Assembly: GCA_902806235.1 (NCBI GenBank)
Contig: CADCVW010000106.1
Coordinates: 43,102-107,101, forward strand
Length of the DNA: 64,000 nucleotides
Direction of reading: 5' to 3'
Source: an uncultured Sphingomonadaceae bacterium
Lineage (GTDB): Bacteria > Pseudomonadota > Alphaproteobacteria > Sphingomonadales > Sphingomonadaceae
The position numbers and the translations under genes are program-made. The notes under the pieces are model-generated. The model made no database searches. It was not told the origin of the DNA and saw only the letters and a program-made list of their open reading frames with translations. Shown in pieces: positions 32,254-40,794 of this stretch. Position 1 is the first letter of the stretch, and every line of letters begins with the position of its first letter.

Positions 32254-33378
32254 CTGGCCCGTCGCTTTCTTTGGTTCATCGCCGCCGCCATCATGCTCGT
32301 GATTGCCGGTGCCTTCGCTTATCGCGTGTTCGGCGGCGGGCTGATGCGCGCCGCGCTGGTGCCCACGGCGAAGTTCGCGCCGCCGATCGGCGACGCGGGC
32401 GCGCCCGATTACGCGTCGGACGCCGGCTGGATTGCCAAGCCCGGCATCGCCAACGATGCTTCGGCCTGGCGGCCGACCGATTTCGACGAGGCCGGTGAGG
32501 ACGCGAGTGGGAACGCCGCCGTGTTCTTCGTCCACCCGACCTCCTACCTGCAGAAGGAGCGATGGAACGCTCCGCTTGACGACGGCGAGTCACGTTGGCG
32601 CGCGCGGCTGTTCGTGCAAAGCCAAGCGAGCGCCTTCGCCAACGCAGGCCGGGTCTGGGCCCCGCGCTATCGCCAGGCGACGTTCGGCGCGTTCCTGACG
32701 AGCGAGGCGGACGCGCAGCGCGCGCTCGACTTCGCCTACCAGGACATCGAGCGCGCCTTCGACGCGTTTCTGCGCCAAGCGCCCGCCGACGCGCCGCTGA
32801 TCCTCGCAGGCCATAGCCAGGGCGCGCTCCACGTCGTCCGCCTGCTCCACGAGCGGGTGCGCGGGACGCCGCTGGCGCGCCGTGTGGTCGCGGCCTACCC
32901 GGTGGGCTGGCCGATCACGCTCTCCGCCGACCTGCCGGGGCTCGGCCTGCCCGGCTGCGAACGCGCTGACCAAGCCGGCTGCGTGCTCACCTGGCAGAGC
33001 TTCGCCGAGCCCGCCGAGCCCGAGCAGATCACCGCCATCTTCGACGAAACGCGCGGGCTGAACGGACGCCCGCGTCGCGGCGAGCCGCTGCTGTGCGTCA
33101 ACCCGCTCACGGGCACGCGCGACGGCGCAGCCCCGGCGGAGGCCAATCCCGGCACGCTGATCCCCAACGCCGAGCTGACGAAGGCGACGCTGCAGCCCCG
33201 CGCCGTGCCCGCGCGCTGCGCGCCGGAGCAGCGCGGCGTGCTGCTGATCGGCGACCCACCGTCGCTGGGTCCTTACGTGCTGCCCGGCAACAATTACCAC
33301 GTCTACGACTACGCGCTGTTCTGGAGCGCGACGCGCGCCGACGCGGCACGGCGGCTGGCAGCGTTCAACGCGCGGTGA
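32254..33378 (+). CDS. DUF3089-like alpha/beta hydrolase, membrane anchored
   Basis: GHSQGA nucleophile elbow. The first ATG (32293) lies inside an N-terminal TM helix ([19 protein letters not shown]). CTG at 32254 has GGAGAG 5 nt upstream and is proposed as the start. Confidence 0.6.
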   Translation: MARRFLWFIAAAIMLVIAGAFAYRVFGGGLMRAALVPTAKFAPPIGDAGAPDYASDAGWIAKPGIANDASAWRPTDFDEAGEDASGNAAVFFVHPTSYLQKERWNAPLDDGESRWRARLFVQSQASAFANAGRVWAPRYRQATFGAFLTSEADAQRALDFAYQDIERAFDAFLRQAPADAPLILAGHSQGALHVVRLLHERVRGTPLARRVVAAYPVGWPITLSADLPGLGLPGCERADQAGCVLTWQSFAEPAEPEQITAIFDETRGLNGRPRRGEPLLCVNPLTGTRDGAAPAEANPGTLIPNAELTKATLQPRAVPARCAPEQRGVLLIGDPPSLGPYVLPGNNYHVYDYALFWSATRADAARRLAAFNAR

Positions 33379-33845
33379 TCACGGCGTCAGTCCCCGAGTA
33401 CCGCGCCGCCTTGCCGTCCGGCGGCCGGCTGCTCGGGCTTGACGTCGGCACGCGGACGATCGGCCTCGCGCTGTGCGACGCGGGGTGGAGCTTCGCCAGC
33501 CCCGCCGAGACGATCGCGCGCGGCAAGTTCACAGCCGACTTGGCGCGGCTCCGCGCCTTGGCGGAGGCGCAGCGCGTGCGCGGGTTGATCGTCGGGCTGC
33601 CGCTCAACATGGATGGGACCGACTCGCCGCGCACGCAGGCCACCCGCGCCTTCGCGCGCAACCTCCAGCCGCTAGGGCTGCCGGTACTGCTGTGGGACGA
33701 GCGCTGGTCGACGCAGGCCGTCGAGCGCGCAATGATCGCGGCGGACACGACCCGTGCGCGCCGCGCCGAGCTGGTCGACAAGCTCGCCGCGGCGCATATC
33801 CTGCAGGGCGCGATCGACGCCCTCGCGCTGCAGGGCGAAGCCTAG
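33375..33845 (+). CDS. ruvX: YqgF/RuvX putative pre-16S rRNA nuclease
   Basis: [14 protein letters not shown]...GLPLNMDGT motifs. The GTG start overlaps the upstream stop (GTGA). Confidence 0.85.
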   Translation: MITASVPEYRAALPSGGRLLGLDVGTRTIGLALCDAGWSFASPAETIARGKFTADLARLRALAEAQRVRGLIVGLPLNMDGTDSPRTQATRAFARNLQPLGLPVLLWDERWSTQAVERAMIAADTTRARRAELVDKLAAAHILQGAIDALALQGEA

Positions 33846-34237
33846 TCGCGCTTCGCCCTGCGATAGGGCACGAACTCGCCGAGGAACACGTTGCCGGTGT
33901 AGAAACCGGAGGCCGTGTCGAAAGTCTGCAGCGTGTCGATGCTGCACAAGCGCGACAAGGTCGTCCGGAGCACCAGGGCGTCGCGGTCGTCAAGCGAGTC
34001 GGCGCCCGCGCGCGGCCGGTTGACGTAGAGCGTGCCGCCGGCGTCGTAAACGATCGCCGTGCCTTTGATCACTCGGCTCGACCGGATGGAGCGCAGGTTG
34101 ATGCAGTCGACCGGCTCGCCGGCCTGGCGGCCTTCGAGCAGGCGGGACAGCGCGGCTTCGGGGTCGCGGGGCGCGGCCGCCTGCAGCGGCGCGGCGGCGA
34201 GGAGCAGGGTGCCGAGGAGGAAACGGAGGGAGCGCAT
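33842..34237 (-). CDS. small secreted protein, unknown function
   Basis: [23 protein letters not shown] signal peptide, 131 aa. The remainder of the 516-aa track ORF is antisense to pyrB. Confidence 0.5.
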   Translation of the reverse strand: MRSLRFLLGTLLLAAAPLQAAAPRDPEAALSRLLEGRQAGEPVDCINLRSIRSSRVIKGTAIVYDAGGTLYVNRPRAGADSLDDRDALVLRTTLSRLCSIDTLQTFDTASGFYTGNVFLGEFVPYRRAKRD

Positions 34238-34351
34238 CGGTATCTCTTTCGCAGGAGCGGTTTCCGCTCCTGACATGGTGCGCCTGAACGCCGGTTGAAG
34301 GGTGCGGGCGCGCTTGCCCGCGCGGGGGCGCGGCGTTAGCGCACGGCCCCG

Positions 34352-35290
34352 ATGCCCGCCGACGCGCCCCGCCACCTGCTCGGCATCGCCGGCCTTCAAC
34401 CGCACCAGATCATGCGCATCCTGGACGAAGCGGAGCGTTGGGCGGACGCGCGCGACGCTCGGGCGGAGCCGCTGCTCGCGGGGCTGACGCAGATCAACGC
34501 CTTTTTCGAGCCGTCCACCCGCACGCTGCTGTCGTTCGAGATCGCCGGCAAGCGATTGGGCGCGGATGTAGTCAATATGCACGCGGCCGGGTCCAGCGTG
34601 ACCAAGGGCGAAACGCTGATCGACACGGCCGTCACCCTGAACGCGATGCGCGCGGACGTGCTGGTGATCCGCCACGGGTCGTCGGGCGCGGTGGGGCTGA
34701 TCGCCGACAAGGTGGGCTGCCCCGTGCTCAACGCGGGCGACGGATCGCACGAGCACCCCACCCAGGCGCTGCTCGACGCGCTCACCATCCGGCGGCGGAA
34801 AGGGGCGCTGGCCGGCCTGCGCGTGGCGATCTGCGGCGACCTGCTGCACAGCCGGGTGGCGCGCTCCAACATCCTGCTGCTCACCGCCATGGCCGCCGAG
34901 GTGCGCGTCGCTGCGCCCGCCACCCTGCTGCCCGCGGCGTTGAAGGCGATGGGCGTCGCGGCCTTCACGGACATGGACGAGGCGATCGAGGGCGCGGACG
35001 TCGTCATGATGCTGCGCGTCCAGCGCGAGCGCATGGCGGGCGGCCTTATCCCCTCCCCGCGCGAATACCACGCCTTCTGGGGCCTGACCCGCGAGCGCTT
35101 GGCGCGCGCCGCGCCGGACGCGCTTGTGATGCACCCGGGGCCGATGAACCGGGGCGTGGAGATTGCGAGCAGCGTGGCGGACGATCCCGAGCGGTCTGCA
35201 ATCACCGAGCAGGTGGCGATGGGCGTCGCGGTGCGGATGGCGTGCCTCGATCTCCTCACCCGCGACCAGCGGGCGGGCGGCGCGTCGTGA
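34352..35290 (+). CDS. pyrB: aspartate carbamoyltransferase catalytic chain
   Basis: [12 protein letters not shown] and HEHPTQAL motifs. Confidence 0.95.
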   Translation: MPADAPRHLLGIAGLQPHQIMRILDEAERWADARDARAEPLLAGLTQINAFFEPSTRTLLSFEIAGKRLGADVVNMHAAGSSVTKGETLIDTAVTLNAMRADVLVIRHGSSGAVGLIADKVGCPVLNAGDGSHEHPTQALLDALTIRRRKGALAGLRVAICGDLLHSRVARSNILLLTAMAAEVRVAAPATLLPAALKAMGVAAFTDMDEAIEGADVVMMLRVQRERMAGGLIPSPREYHAFWGLTRERLARAAPDALVMHPGPMNRGVEIASSVADDPERSAITEQVAMGVAVRMACLDLLTRDQRAGGAS

Positions 35291-36501
35291 GCAGCCCGCT
35301 CCTGGTCCGCGGTGGCCGCCTCCCGTCCGGCGAGCGGGCCGAGATCTTGGCGGTGGACGGCCGGATCGCTGCCATAGGGTCAGGCTTTGCAACTGAGGGG
35401 GCGGAGCGCCTCGACGCCGCCGGCAAGCTCGTCGCGCCCGCGCTGGTCGACCTGGGCGTGTTCGCGATTGATCCCTCCGCCGCCCGCGCGGGCGGCATCG
35501 CTCACGCCGCGCTCATGCCCGATCAGTCGCTCCCGCTCGACGACGCGGCGCTGATCGAGCGAGCGGCGGGCGCGGGCGGGCCCGGACTGACCGTACACCC
35601 GCTCGCCGCCGCAACGCGGGGCCTGGGCGGGCAGGAGCTCGCCGAACTGGGCTTAATGCACGCGGCCGGCGCGCGGGCGGCCGCAACGGGGCGCGAGGCG
35701 ATCGGCAGCGCGGCGGTGATGCGGCGCGTGCTCGCCTACGCCGCCAGCTTCGACCTGCCCGTCGTCGTCCACGCGGAGGACCCGACGCTCGCCGAGGGCG
35801 CGGTCGCCACCGCCGGCGAGACGGCGACGCGGCTGGGCCTGCCCGCCGCGCCCGCGGTCGCCGAAGCGCTGATCGTCGCGCGCGACCTGCTGCTCGCGGA
35901 AGAAACGGGAGCGCGGGTGCACTTCCGCCAGCTCACCACGGCGCGCGCCTTCGCGCTCATGCGCGAGGCGAAGGCGCGCGGGCTGCCCGTCACCTGCGGA
36001 ATCACACCCGCCCACCTCCTGCTGTCCGACATAGCGGTCACCGGCTTCCGCAGCTTCGCCCACCTGTCGCCGCCGCTCCGCGACGAGGCCGACCGGCAAG
36101 CCGCGCGCGCCGCGCTGGCCGACGGCACTGTCGACGTGCTGTCGTCCGGGCACGACCCACGCGGACCGGAGGCGAAACGGCTGCCCTTCGCCGAGTCGTC
36201 GTCCGGCGCGGCGGGTGCGGCGACGCTGCTCGCATTATCCTGGTTGCTGGTGCGCGACGGGCTGATCGGGCCGGAGCGCTTGTTCGAGCTGCTCGCCCGC
36301 AATCCCGCGCGCATCCTCGGCCTTGACGCAGGCGAGCTCCGCGTTGGCGGACGCGCCGACCTGATCGTCGTCGATCCCGACGCGCCGTGGCGGATCGACG
36401 AGCGCACGCTGCCGGGGCTCGCCGGCAACACGCCGTTCGACGGTTTGCCCGTGCAGGGCAAGGCCGTCACGCTGGTCAAGAACGGCGTGCTGGTCGGCTA
36501 A
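35287..36501 (+). CDS. dihydroorotase-like protein, probably non-catalytic (PyrC-prime type)
   Basis: Amidohydrolase fold collinear with class I dihydroorotase. The HxH metal motif is replaced ([11 protein letters not shown]) and the HxS(T) His is replaced (HFRQLTT). The GTG start overlaps the pyrB stop (GTGA). Confidence 0.8.
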   Translation: MSSPLLVRGGRLPSGERAEILAVDGRIAAIGSGFATEGAERLDAAGKLVAPALVDLGVFAIDPSAARAGGIAHAALMPDQSLPLDDAALIERAAGAGGPGLTVHPLAAATRGLGGQELAELGLMHAAGARAAATGREAIGSAAVMRRVLAYAASFDLPVVVHAEDPTLAEGAVATAGETATRLGLPAAPAVAEALIVARDLLLAEETGARVHFRQLTTARAFALMREAKARGLPVTCGITPAHLLLSDIAVTGFRSFAHLSPPLRDEADRQAARAALADGTVDVLSSGHDPRGPEAKRLPFAESSSGAAGAATLLALSWLLVRDGLIGPERLFELLARNPARILGLDAGELRVGGRADLIVVDPDAPWRIDERTLPGLAGNTPFDGLPVQGKAVTLVKNGVLVG

Positions 36502-37760
36502 GCGCCCCGCGCAGCCCGACGCAGCGGCTGGTCTCCGGCCGCGGGGCGGGCGAAGCACTGGCCGCCCTCGGCCTGGTAACGGCGGCAGAGCGCCTGGGCT
36601 TCCGCGTTCGTGGCGAAACCGGTCGCCGCGAGACGGTGGAAGCGTCGACCGCGCAGCACGACCTGCGCGGACGCGGGCGTCAGGCCGCTCAACCCCGAGA
36701 AGCGGCGCAGCGCGGCGCGCCAGGCCTCGTCGACCATGGCCGCGCTGTCGAAGGCGCCGAGCTGGACCACGAAGCGGCCCTGCCGGGCGGACTGGGCGGT
36801 CGCGGGCCGCGGCGCGAAGCCGGCGGCGACCTGGGCGATGACCGCCATCGGTCGCTGCGCGGCGATCATCCGGGCGAGCGCCTGGTCGACCGCGGACGCC
36901 GGTCCGGGATCGGCGGCAGGCATTGGCGGCGGCATCGGCGCCGCTGCCGCCGCTACTGCCGCCGCAGGCGCGACCGGGCCATCCGGCGCCGGGGCGTCCA
37001 TCGGGACCGCTGCCGCGTCCCGCGCTTCGGCGAAGGCGGCGCCCGGCTCGTCGCGGAGCGCGAGGCGGACCGGCTGGCCGGGATCGAGCGTGGGCTGGAC
37101 GCCCAGCATCCAGGCCACCTGCTGGTGCGGCGCGCTCGGCCGGGCGAAGGCCGCCCATTCGAGCATGCGCCCGTCGAGTTCGGCCGGCGACACGTCCTGC
37201 GCCGCCACGGCGCGCGCCTCCGCCCAGCGCCCGTCCAGAGCGTAGGCGAGGGCGAGGTTCTGCCGCGTCCGCGCGTCGGCGCCCGACGCGCGCGCGGCCG
37301 CCTCGAGCAGTTCGGCCCCGCGTCGCGGATCGCCCGCCAGCGCGAAGGCGAGCCCGCGGTCGGCTGGCGAGACGTCCGCGCCGAGTTCGTCGATCCCGTG
37401 CAGCGCCAAGCGGTGCTCGCCGAGCGCGGCAAGCGAGAGGACGCGGAGCAGCCCCGCCCGGCCGTCGTCCGGCCGCAAGCGCAGCACGTCGCTAAAGGTG
37501 ACCGCCGCTGACAGGAAGCGGCCGCTCCGGAGGTAAGCCTCCGCCAGCGCTCGGCGTTCGGCCGCGTCGCGCGGCGCGGCCGCGACCCGTCCTTCCGCCG
37601 CCACCACGGTGCGCGCCGTCGGCACGGTTTTCGCCGCGAGCGCACCGCGCGGTCGAGCTTCCGGCGTCATCGGCGCGCAGGCGGAGCCGAGCAACGCCAG
37701 CGCCAAGGACGTTGCCGCGATTGCGAAATGCCTGCCCATGTCTTTTCCCGCCGATCTCAC
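36498..37760 (-). CDS. TPR + SPOR domain protein with signal peptide
   Basis: N-terminal signal (LALALLGSAC), TPR-like repeats, an Ala/Pro-rich linker and a C-terminal SPOR-like fold (FVVQLGAFDS...RFHRLAATGFATNAEAQALC). The ATG at 37760 overlaps the upstream stop (ATGA). The alternative start is MGRHF at 37739. Confidence 0.7.
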   Translation of the reverse strand: MRSAGKDMGRHFAIAATSLALALLGSACAPMTPEARPRGALAAKTVPTARTVVAAEGRVAAAPRDAAERRALAEAYLRSGRFLSAAVTFSDVLRLRPDDGRAGLLRVLSLAALGEHRLALHGIDELGADVSPADRGLAFALAGDPRRGAELLEAAARASGADARTRQNLALAYALDGRWAEARAVAAQDVSPAELDGRMLEWAAFARPSAPHQQVAWMLGVQPTLDPGQPVRLALRDEPGAAFAEARDAAAVPMDAPAPDGPVAPAAAVAAAAAPMPPPMPAADPGPASAVDQALARMIAAQRPMAVIAQVAAGFAPRPATAQSARQGRFVVQLGAFDSAAMVDEAWRAALRRFSGLSGLTPASAQVVLRGRRFHRLAATGFATNAEAQALCRRYQAEGGQCFARPAAGDQPLRRAARGA

Positions 37761-38290
37761 GCCCGCGTCGCCGGCTTATGCGGCGGCACCTGGCCCGCCA
37801 GCGTTTCGACCTCGGCCATGCCGCCGAGCAAGGCGTCCACGGCCTCCGTCACCAGCGCCTGCGCCGAGCGATGCGTCACGGCGGAGGCGAGGCGGAGGCG
37901 CAGGTGACGTTCGCTGTCGAGTCGCAAGGTAAAGGCCGCCTTGTCCTTTCCGCCCGCCGCTCGACGCGGCGTGGGCGGGGCCGACGGACCGGCCGCCACG
38001 AGCGTTTCCGGCGCGGCGGGGACCAGCTCGGCGGGGTCAGCGATGCGTACCACATGCGGTGCAGCGAGGCTGGCGGCGAGCTCCTCCTGCTGGCGCAGCG
38101 CTGGCGACGGGGCCGGCGCGGGCCGCCGCCCGTCCTCGGCGGCGGCAGTGGCCTGGCCCATGTCGTTCCAGCCGAGGTCGTCGAGCCCCGCGCCCATGTG
38201 GCCGGAGCCATGGCGGCGCATCGCGGGCTTGGCGGCGCCCTTGCGCGCGAGCAGGCCGGAGGACAGGGAGGCGAACCTGGCATCGTTCAT
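37757..38290 (-). CDS. hypothetical protein with C-terminal ribbon-helix-helix-like segment (possible ParA partner)
   Basis: 177 aa with a disordered Ala/Pro-rich middle. The C-terminus KAAFTLRLDSERHLRLRLASAVTHRSAQALVTEAVDALL looks like a beta-strand/helix/helix RHH. It lies 11 nt downstream of the ParA-like gene. Confidence 0.45.
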   Translation of the reverse strand: MNDARFASLSSGLLARKGAAKPAMRRHGSGHMGAGLDDLGWNDMGQATAAAEDGRRPAPAPSPALRQQEELAASLAAPHVVRIADPAELVPAAPETLVAAGPSAPPTPRRAAGGKDKAAFTLRLDSERHLRLRLASAVTHRSAQALVTEAVDALLGGMAEVETLAGQVPPHKPATRA

Positions 38291-38301
38291 CGCGCCGCTC
38301 C

Positions 38302-39021
38302 TCATTGACCGACGACGCGGCGGCCGAAGCCGCCGGGGGCGCGCGGCGCAGCGGCGCTCGGGACGTGCGCGCTGGGCGCCGCGAACACCGTGCGGCGGAA
38401 GTTCTTCTCCAGCCGGTCGGACACGTAGGTCCAGAGGTCGGCCACTTCCTTCGCGGATTTGCTCTTGGGATCGACCTCCATCACCGTTCGCCCGTCGATC
38501 ATGGACGCGGCGAAGTCGGTGCGGTGGTGCAGCGTCACTGGGGCCACCGTGCCGTGCTGCGACAGGGCAATCGCGGCCTGTGTGGTGATTCTCGCCTTGG
38601 GCGTGGCGCCGTTGACGACGAAGATGAGCGGCTTGCCCGCGCGCTCGCACAGGTCAACGGTGGCGCCAACCGCGCGCAGGTCGTGCGGGCTGGGGCGCGT
38701 CGGGATGACGATCAGCTCGGCGAAGGCGATCACCGACTGGATCGCGAGCGTGATCGCGGGCGGCGTATCGATCACCGCCAGGCGGAAGCCCTGCTGGCGG
38801 AGTGACTCCAGGTCGGCCGCGAGCCGGGCGACGGTGGTCTGCGCGAAGGCGGGCATATTCGCCTCGCGCTCGTTCCACCATTCGGCGAGCGAGCCCTGCG
38901 GGTCGATGTCGATCAGGCACACCGGCCCGTCGCCGGCGAGCTGCGCCTGCACGGCGAGGTGGCCGGAGAGCGTGGTCTTCCCCGACCCGCCCTTTTGCGA
39001 AGATAATGCCAGAACGCGCAT
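38302..39021 (-). CDS. ParA/MinD-family P-loop ATPase (orphan, small type)
   Basis: Deviant Walker A SQKGGSGKTT, IDIDPQGS and VIDTPP motifs. 239 aa. Confidence 0.85.
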   Translation of the reverse strand: MRVLALSSQKGGSGKTTLSGHLAVQAQLAGDGPVCLIDIDPQGSLAEWWNEREANMPAFAQTTVARLAADLESLRQQGFRLAVIDTPPAITLAIQSVIAFAELIVIPTRPSPHDLRAVGATVDLCERAGKPLIFVVNGATPKARITTQAAIALSQHGTVAPVTLHHRTDFAASMIDGRTVMEVDPKSKSAKEVADLWTYVSDRLEKNFRRTVFAAPSAHVPSAAAPRAPGGFGRRVVGQ

Positions 39022-39141
39022 CCATTTCCCCCCGGCGCCGCCGTGCTCGGCGTTCGGGATGCGACGGGATGGGCTAAGATCGGGTAAACGGAGACGGGCT
39101 GGCGCGGCAGGTCGCCGCGCTGCTGGGTTGCGCGTCTAGGT

Positions 39142-39226
39142 GGTGCCCCTGGCCCGAGTCGAACGGGCACTCCTTGCGGAACTCGATTTTGAGTCGAGCG
39201 CGTCTACCAATTCCGCCACAGGGGCA
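39142..39226 (-). tRNA. tRNA-Leu (CAA)
   Basis: Hand fold: acceptor GCCCCTG/CAGGGGC, anticodon loop CUCAAAA, long variable arm, encoded CCA. Confidence 0.9.
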
Positions 39227-39265
39227 CGGGTCGCGGCCTACCGGACCCGGCTCTTGGCCGCAAGT

Positions 39266-39796
39266 TCAGGCGAACACGTCGCCCAGGTGCTCCGCGGACT
39301 GCTTCGGGTCCGGCCCGAAGCGGTTCGGGCCGCGCGTGCCGTCGAGCAGCATGAAGACGAACACGGTGATGCCGAGGCCGAAAGCGATCAGCGACATGAG
39401 GCCGATGAACAGGCCGCCCGCAACCGCCGTGTCCGGCGCGCCGACGATCACCGCGATCGCGGCGAGCATCAGCAGATAGGGAACGGCGGGGGCGAGGAGC
39501 CACCAGCCCGTCCGGTCCGTGTCGTGCAGCCGGCGCACCCCAACGGCGATGGAAGGAATAATGAGGCCCAAAACGACGACGAGGTAGAGCAGCCCGATGA
39601 TGCCCGCGCCGACGCCCGCCGCCGCGACCGCCGTCGGATCAGTGAGCGCGACCAGCCCGCCGCCGAACAACGCCATCAAGCCTACTAGCCCGACGTAAAG
39701 CAGGAACTGGAACAGGATGAACATCCAGTACTCCTTACGGCGCGATCGGCCGCGGAACTCGCCGTAGCGGCGCAGCGGCAGCAGCATGTAGTTCAT
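39266..39796 (-). CDS. DUF805 (YhaH-like) membrane protein
   Basis: RRKEYWMF N-terminal motif and the RRLHDTDRTGWW motif. Confidence 0.75.
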   Translation of the reverse strand: MNYMLLPLRRYGEFRGRSRRKEYWMFILFQFLLYVGLVGLMALFGGGLVALTDPTAVAAAGVGAGIIGLLYLVVVLGLIIPSIAVGVRRLHDTDRTGWWLLAPAVPYLLMLAAIAVIVGAPDTAVAGGLFIGLMSLIAFGLGITVFVFMLLDGTRGPNRFGPDPKQSAEHLGDVFA

Positions 39797-40190
39797 CTCG
39801 TCCTCCCCTCTTGTCAGCTCCGCGGCGCCTGGCGGCGGTAGCTCAGCGCCTCACCGACGTGGACGCGCCTCACGCCGTCCGCGCCGGCCAAGTCGGCGAC
39901 CGTGCGCGCCACTTTGAGCACGCGGTGGTAACCGCGCGCGGACAAGCGCATCGCCTCCGCCGCCTGGGCGAGCAGCCGGCGGCCGGGCTCGTCGGGCGTC
40001 GCGGCGCGATCGAGCACCGCGCCGTAGGCCTCCGCGTTGGTGCGGACGCCATCGTCGGCGTAGCGCGCCGTCTGCACCGCGCGCGCCCGCGCCACCCGCG
40101 CCGCGACCTCCACAGACCCCTCGTGGCCGGCGGCAACATCAGGTCGGCGGCGGACACGGGCTGCAAGTCGACGTAAAGGTCGATGCGATC

Positions 40191-40794
40191 CCGCATTGCT
40201 ACCTTTTCAAGCTTGGCATCGATCGTCTGCCTCTACCCGCCTTAGCAGACACTTGGGTGTCCGGAAGCAAGTAGGTTTGAATCATTGTCATAGCCAGAGA
40301 GTAAAGCTTTTGTGCCATTAAGACTGTACACAAAGGTTTCCAGCCCTGTTCCACAAGTGAATTCTGTCTGATAGCGTATCGTGACATGGTTGCCGCCCGT
40401 GCCGTAGCTTGTCCGATAATCTTCTAGCTCACTTGCCTGAATAGGTCCGAGTCTCATATGCACGATAGCTAACGACTGAACAAACCTCGATCTCGACGTT
40501 TTATCCTTAAGCTCGGCTGACGCTTCATCGTAAAGCGCAGCAAACTGACCCTCCGCGAATTGCTAGCGAAAACGGGCGATCTCTCGCTCTGTGGTGTTGA
40601 CCTCTTCGCCGCCTGAGCAAGACAATAGGGTGAGCAGCGTTACACACAGCAAACTTGTCCACCCCTGCTTCATGCTCATGCTCCAATTGGTGCGTAGACG
40701 TGCTACTCTCACCGGGGTTTGCCTTCCACCCGTGGCGGACATTCAAGCCTAGAAACGGCGGAAAGGCCCAGCTTCCAACGTCCTGCCGTATGCT
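40191..40794. mobile_element. 604-bp low-GC insertion inside comM (origin and mechanism unknown)
   Basis: By hand count, 40201-40680 has 242/480 G+C (50%), against 46/60 (77%) in flank line 39841-39900. It interrupts SGPLLDR|IDL and is flanked by the near-identical hexamers gcgatc (40185-40190) and gcggtc (40795-40800). Confidence 0.55.
40242..40679 (-). pseudogene. small lipoprotein gene with in-frame TAG (NTF2/DUF4019-like pattern, tentative)
   Basis: MSMKQGWTSLLCVTLLTLLSCSGG (signal plus LLSC lipobox), then ...EREIARFR, TAG (40563-40565), then in the same frame QFAEGQFAALYDEASAELKDK...VTIRYQTEFTCGTGLETFVYSLNGTKALLSGYDND... GGAG lies 7 nt before the second ATG (40673). Confidence 0.45.

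Noticed and set aside
36498-39226. The ParA-RHH-SPOR region plus tRNA-Leu as an integrated plasmid, ICE or genomic island.
   Set aside because: The G+C looks like the host. There is no integrase, relaxase, direct repeat of the tRNA 3' end or other mobility gene in the neighbourhood.
40563-40565. The in-frame TAG in the insert ORF as programmed read-through or pyrrolysine.
   Set aside because: There are no pyl genes or recoding signals in view. The ORF sits in a relic insertion inside a pseudogene, so simple inactivation is the more economical explanation.
40191-40794. Terminal inverted repeats or an IS/MITE identity for the comM insert.
   Set aside because: Comparing the two ends (ccgcattgctacc... 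and the reverse complement agcatacggcagg...) gives only a 4-nt match. There is no transposase. I kept it as an insertion of unknown mechanism rather than naming an element.
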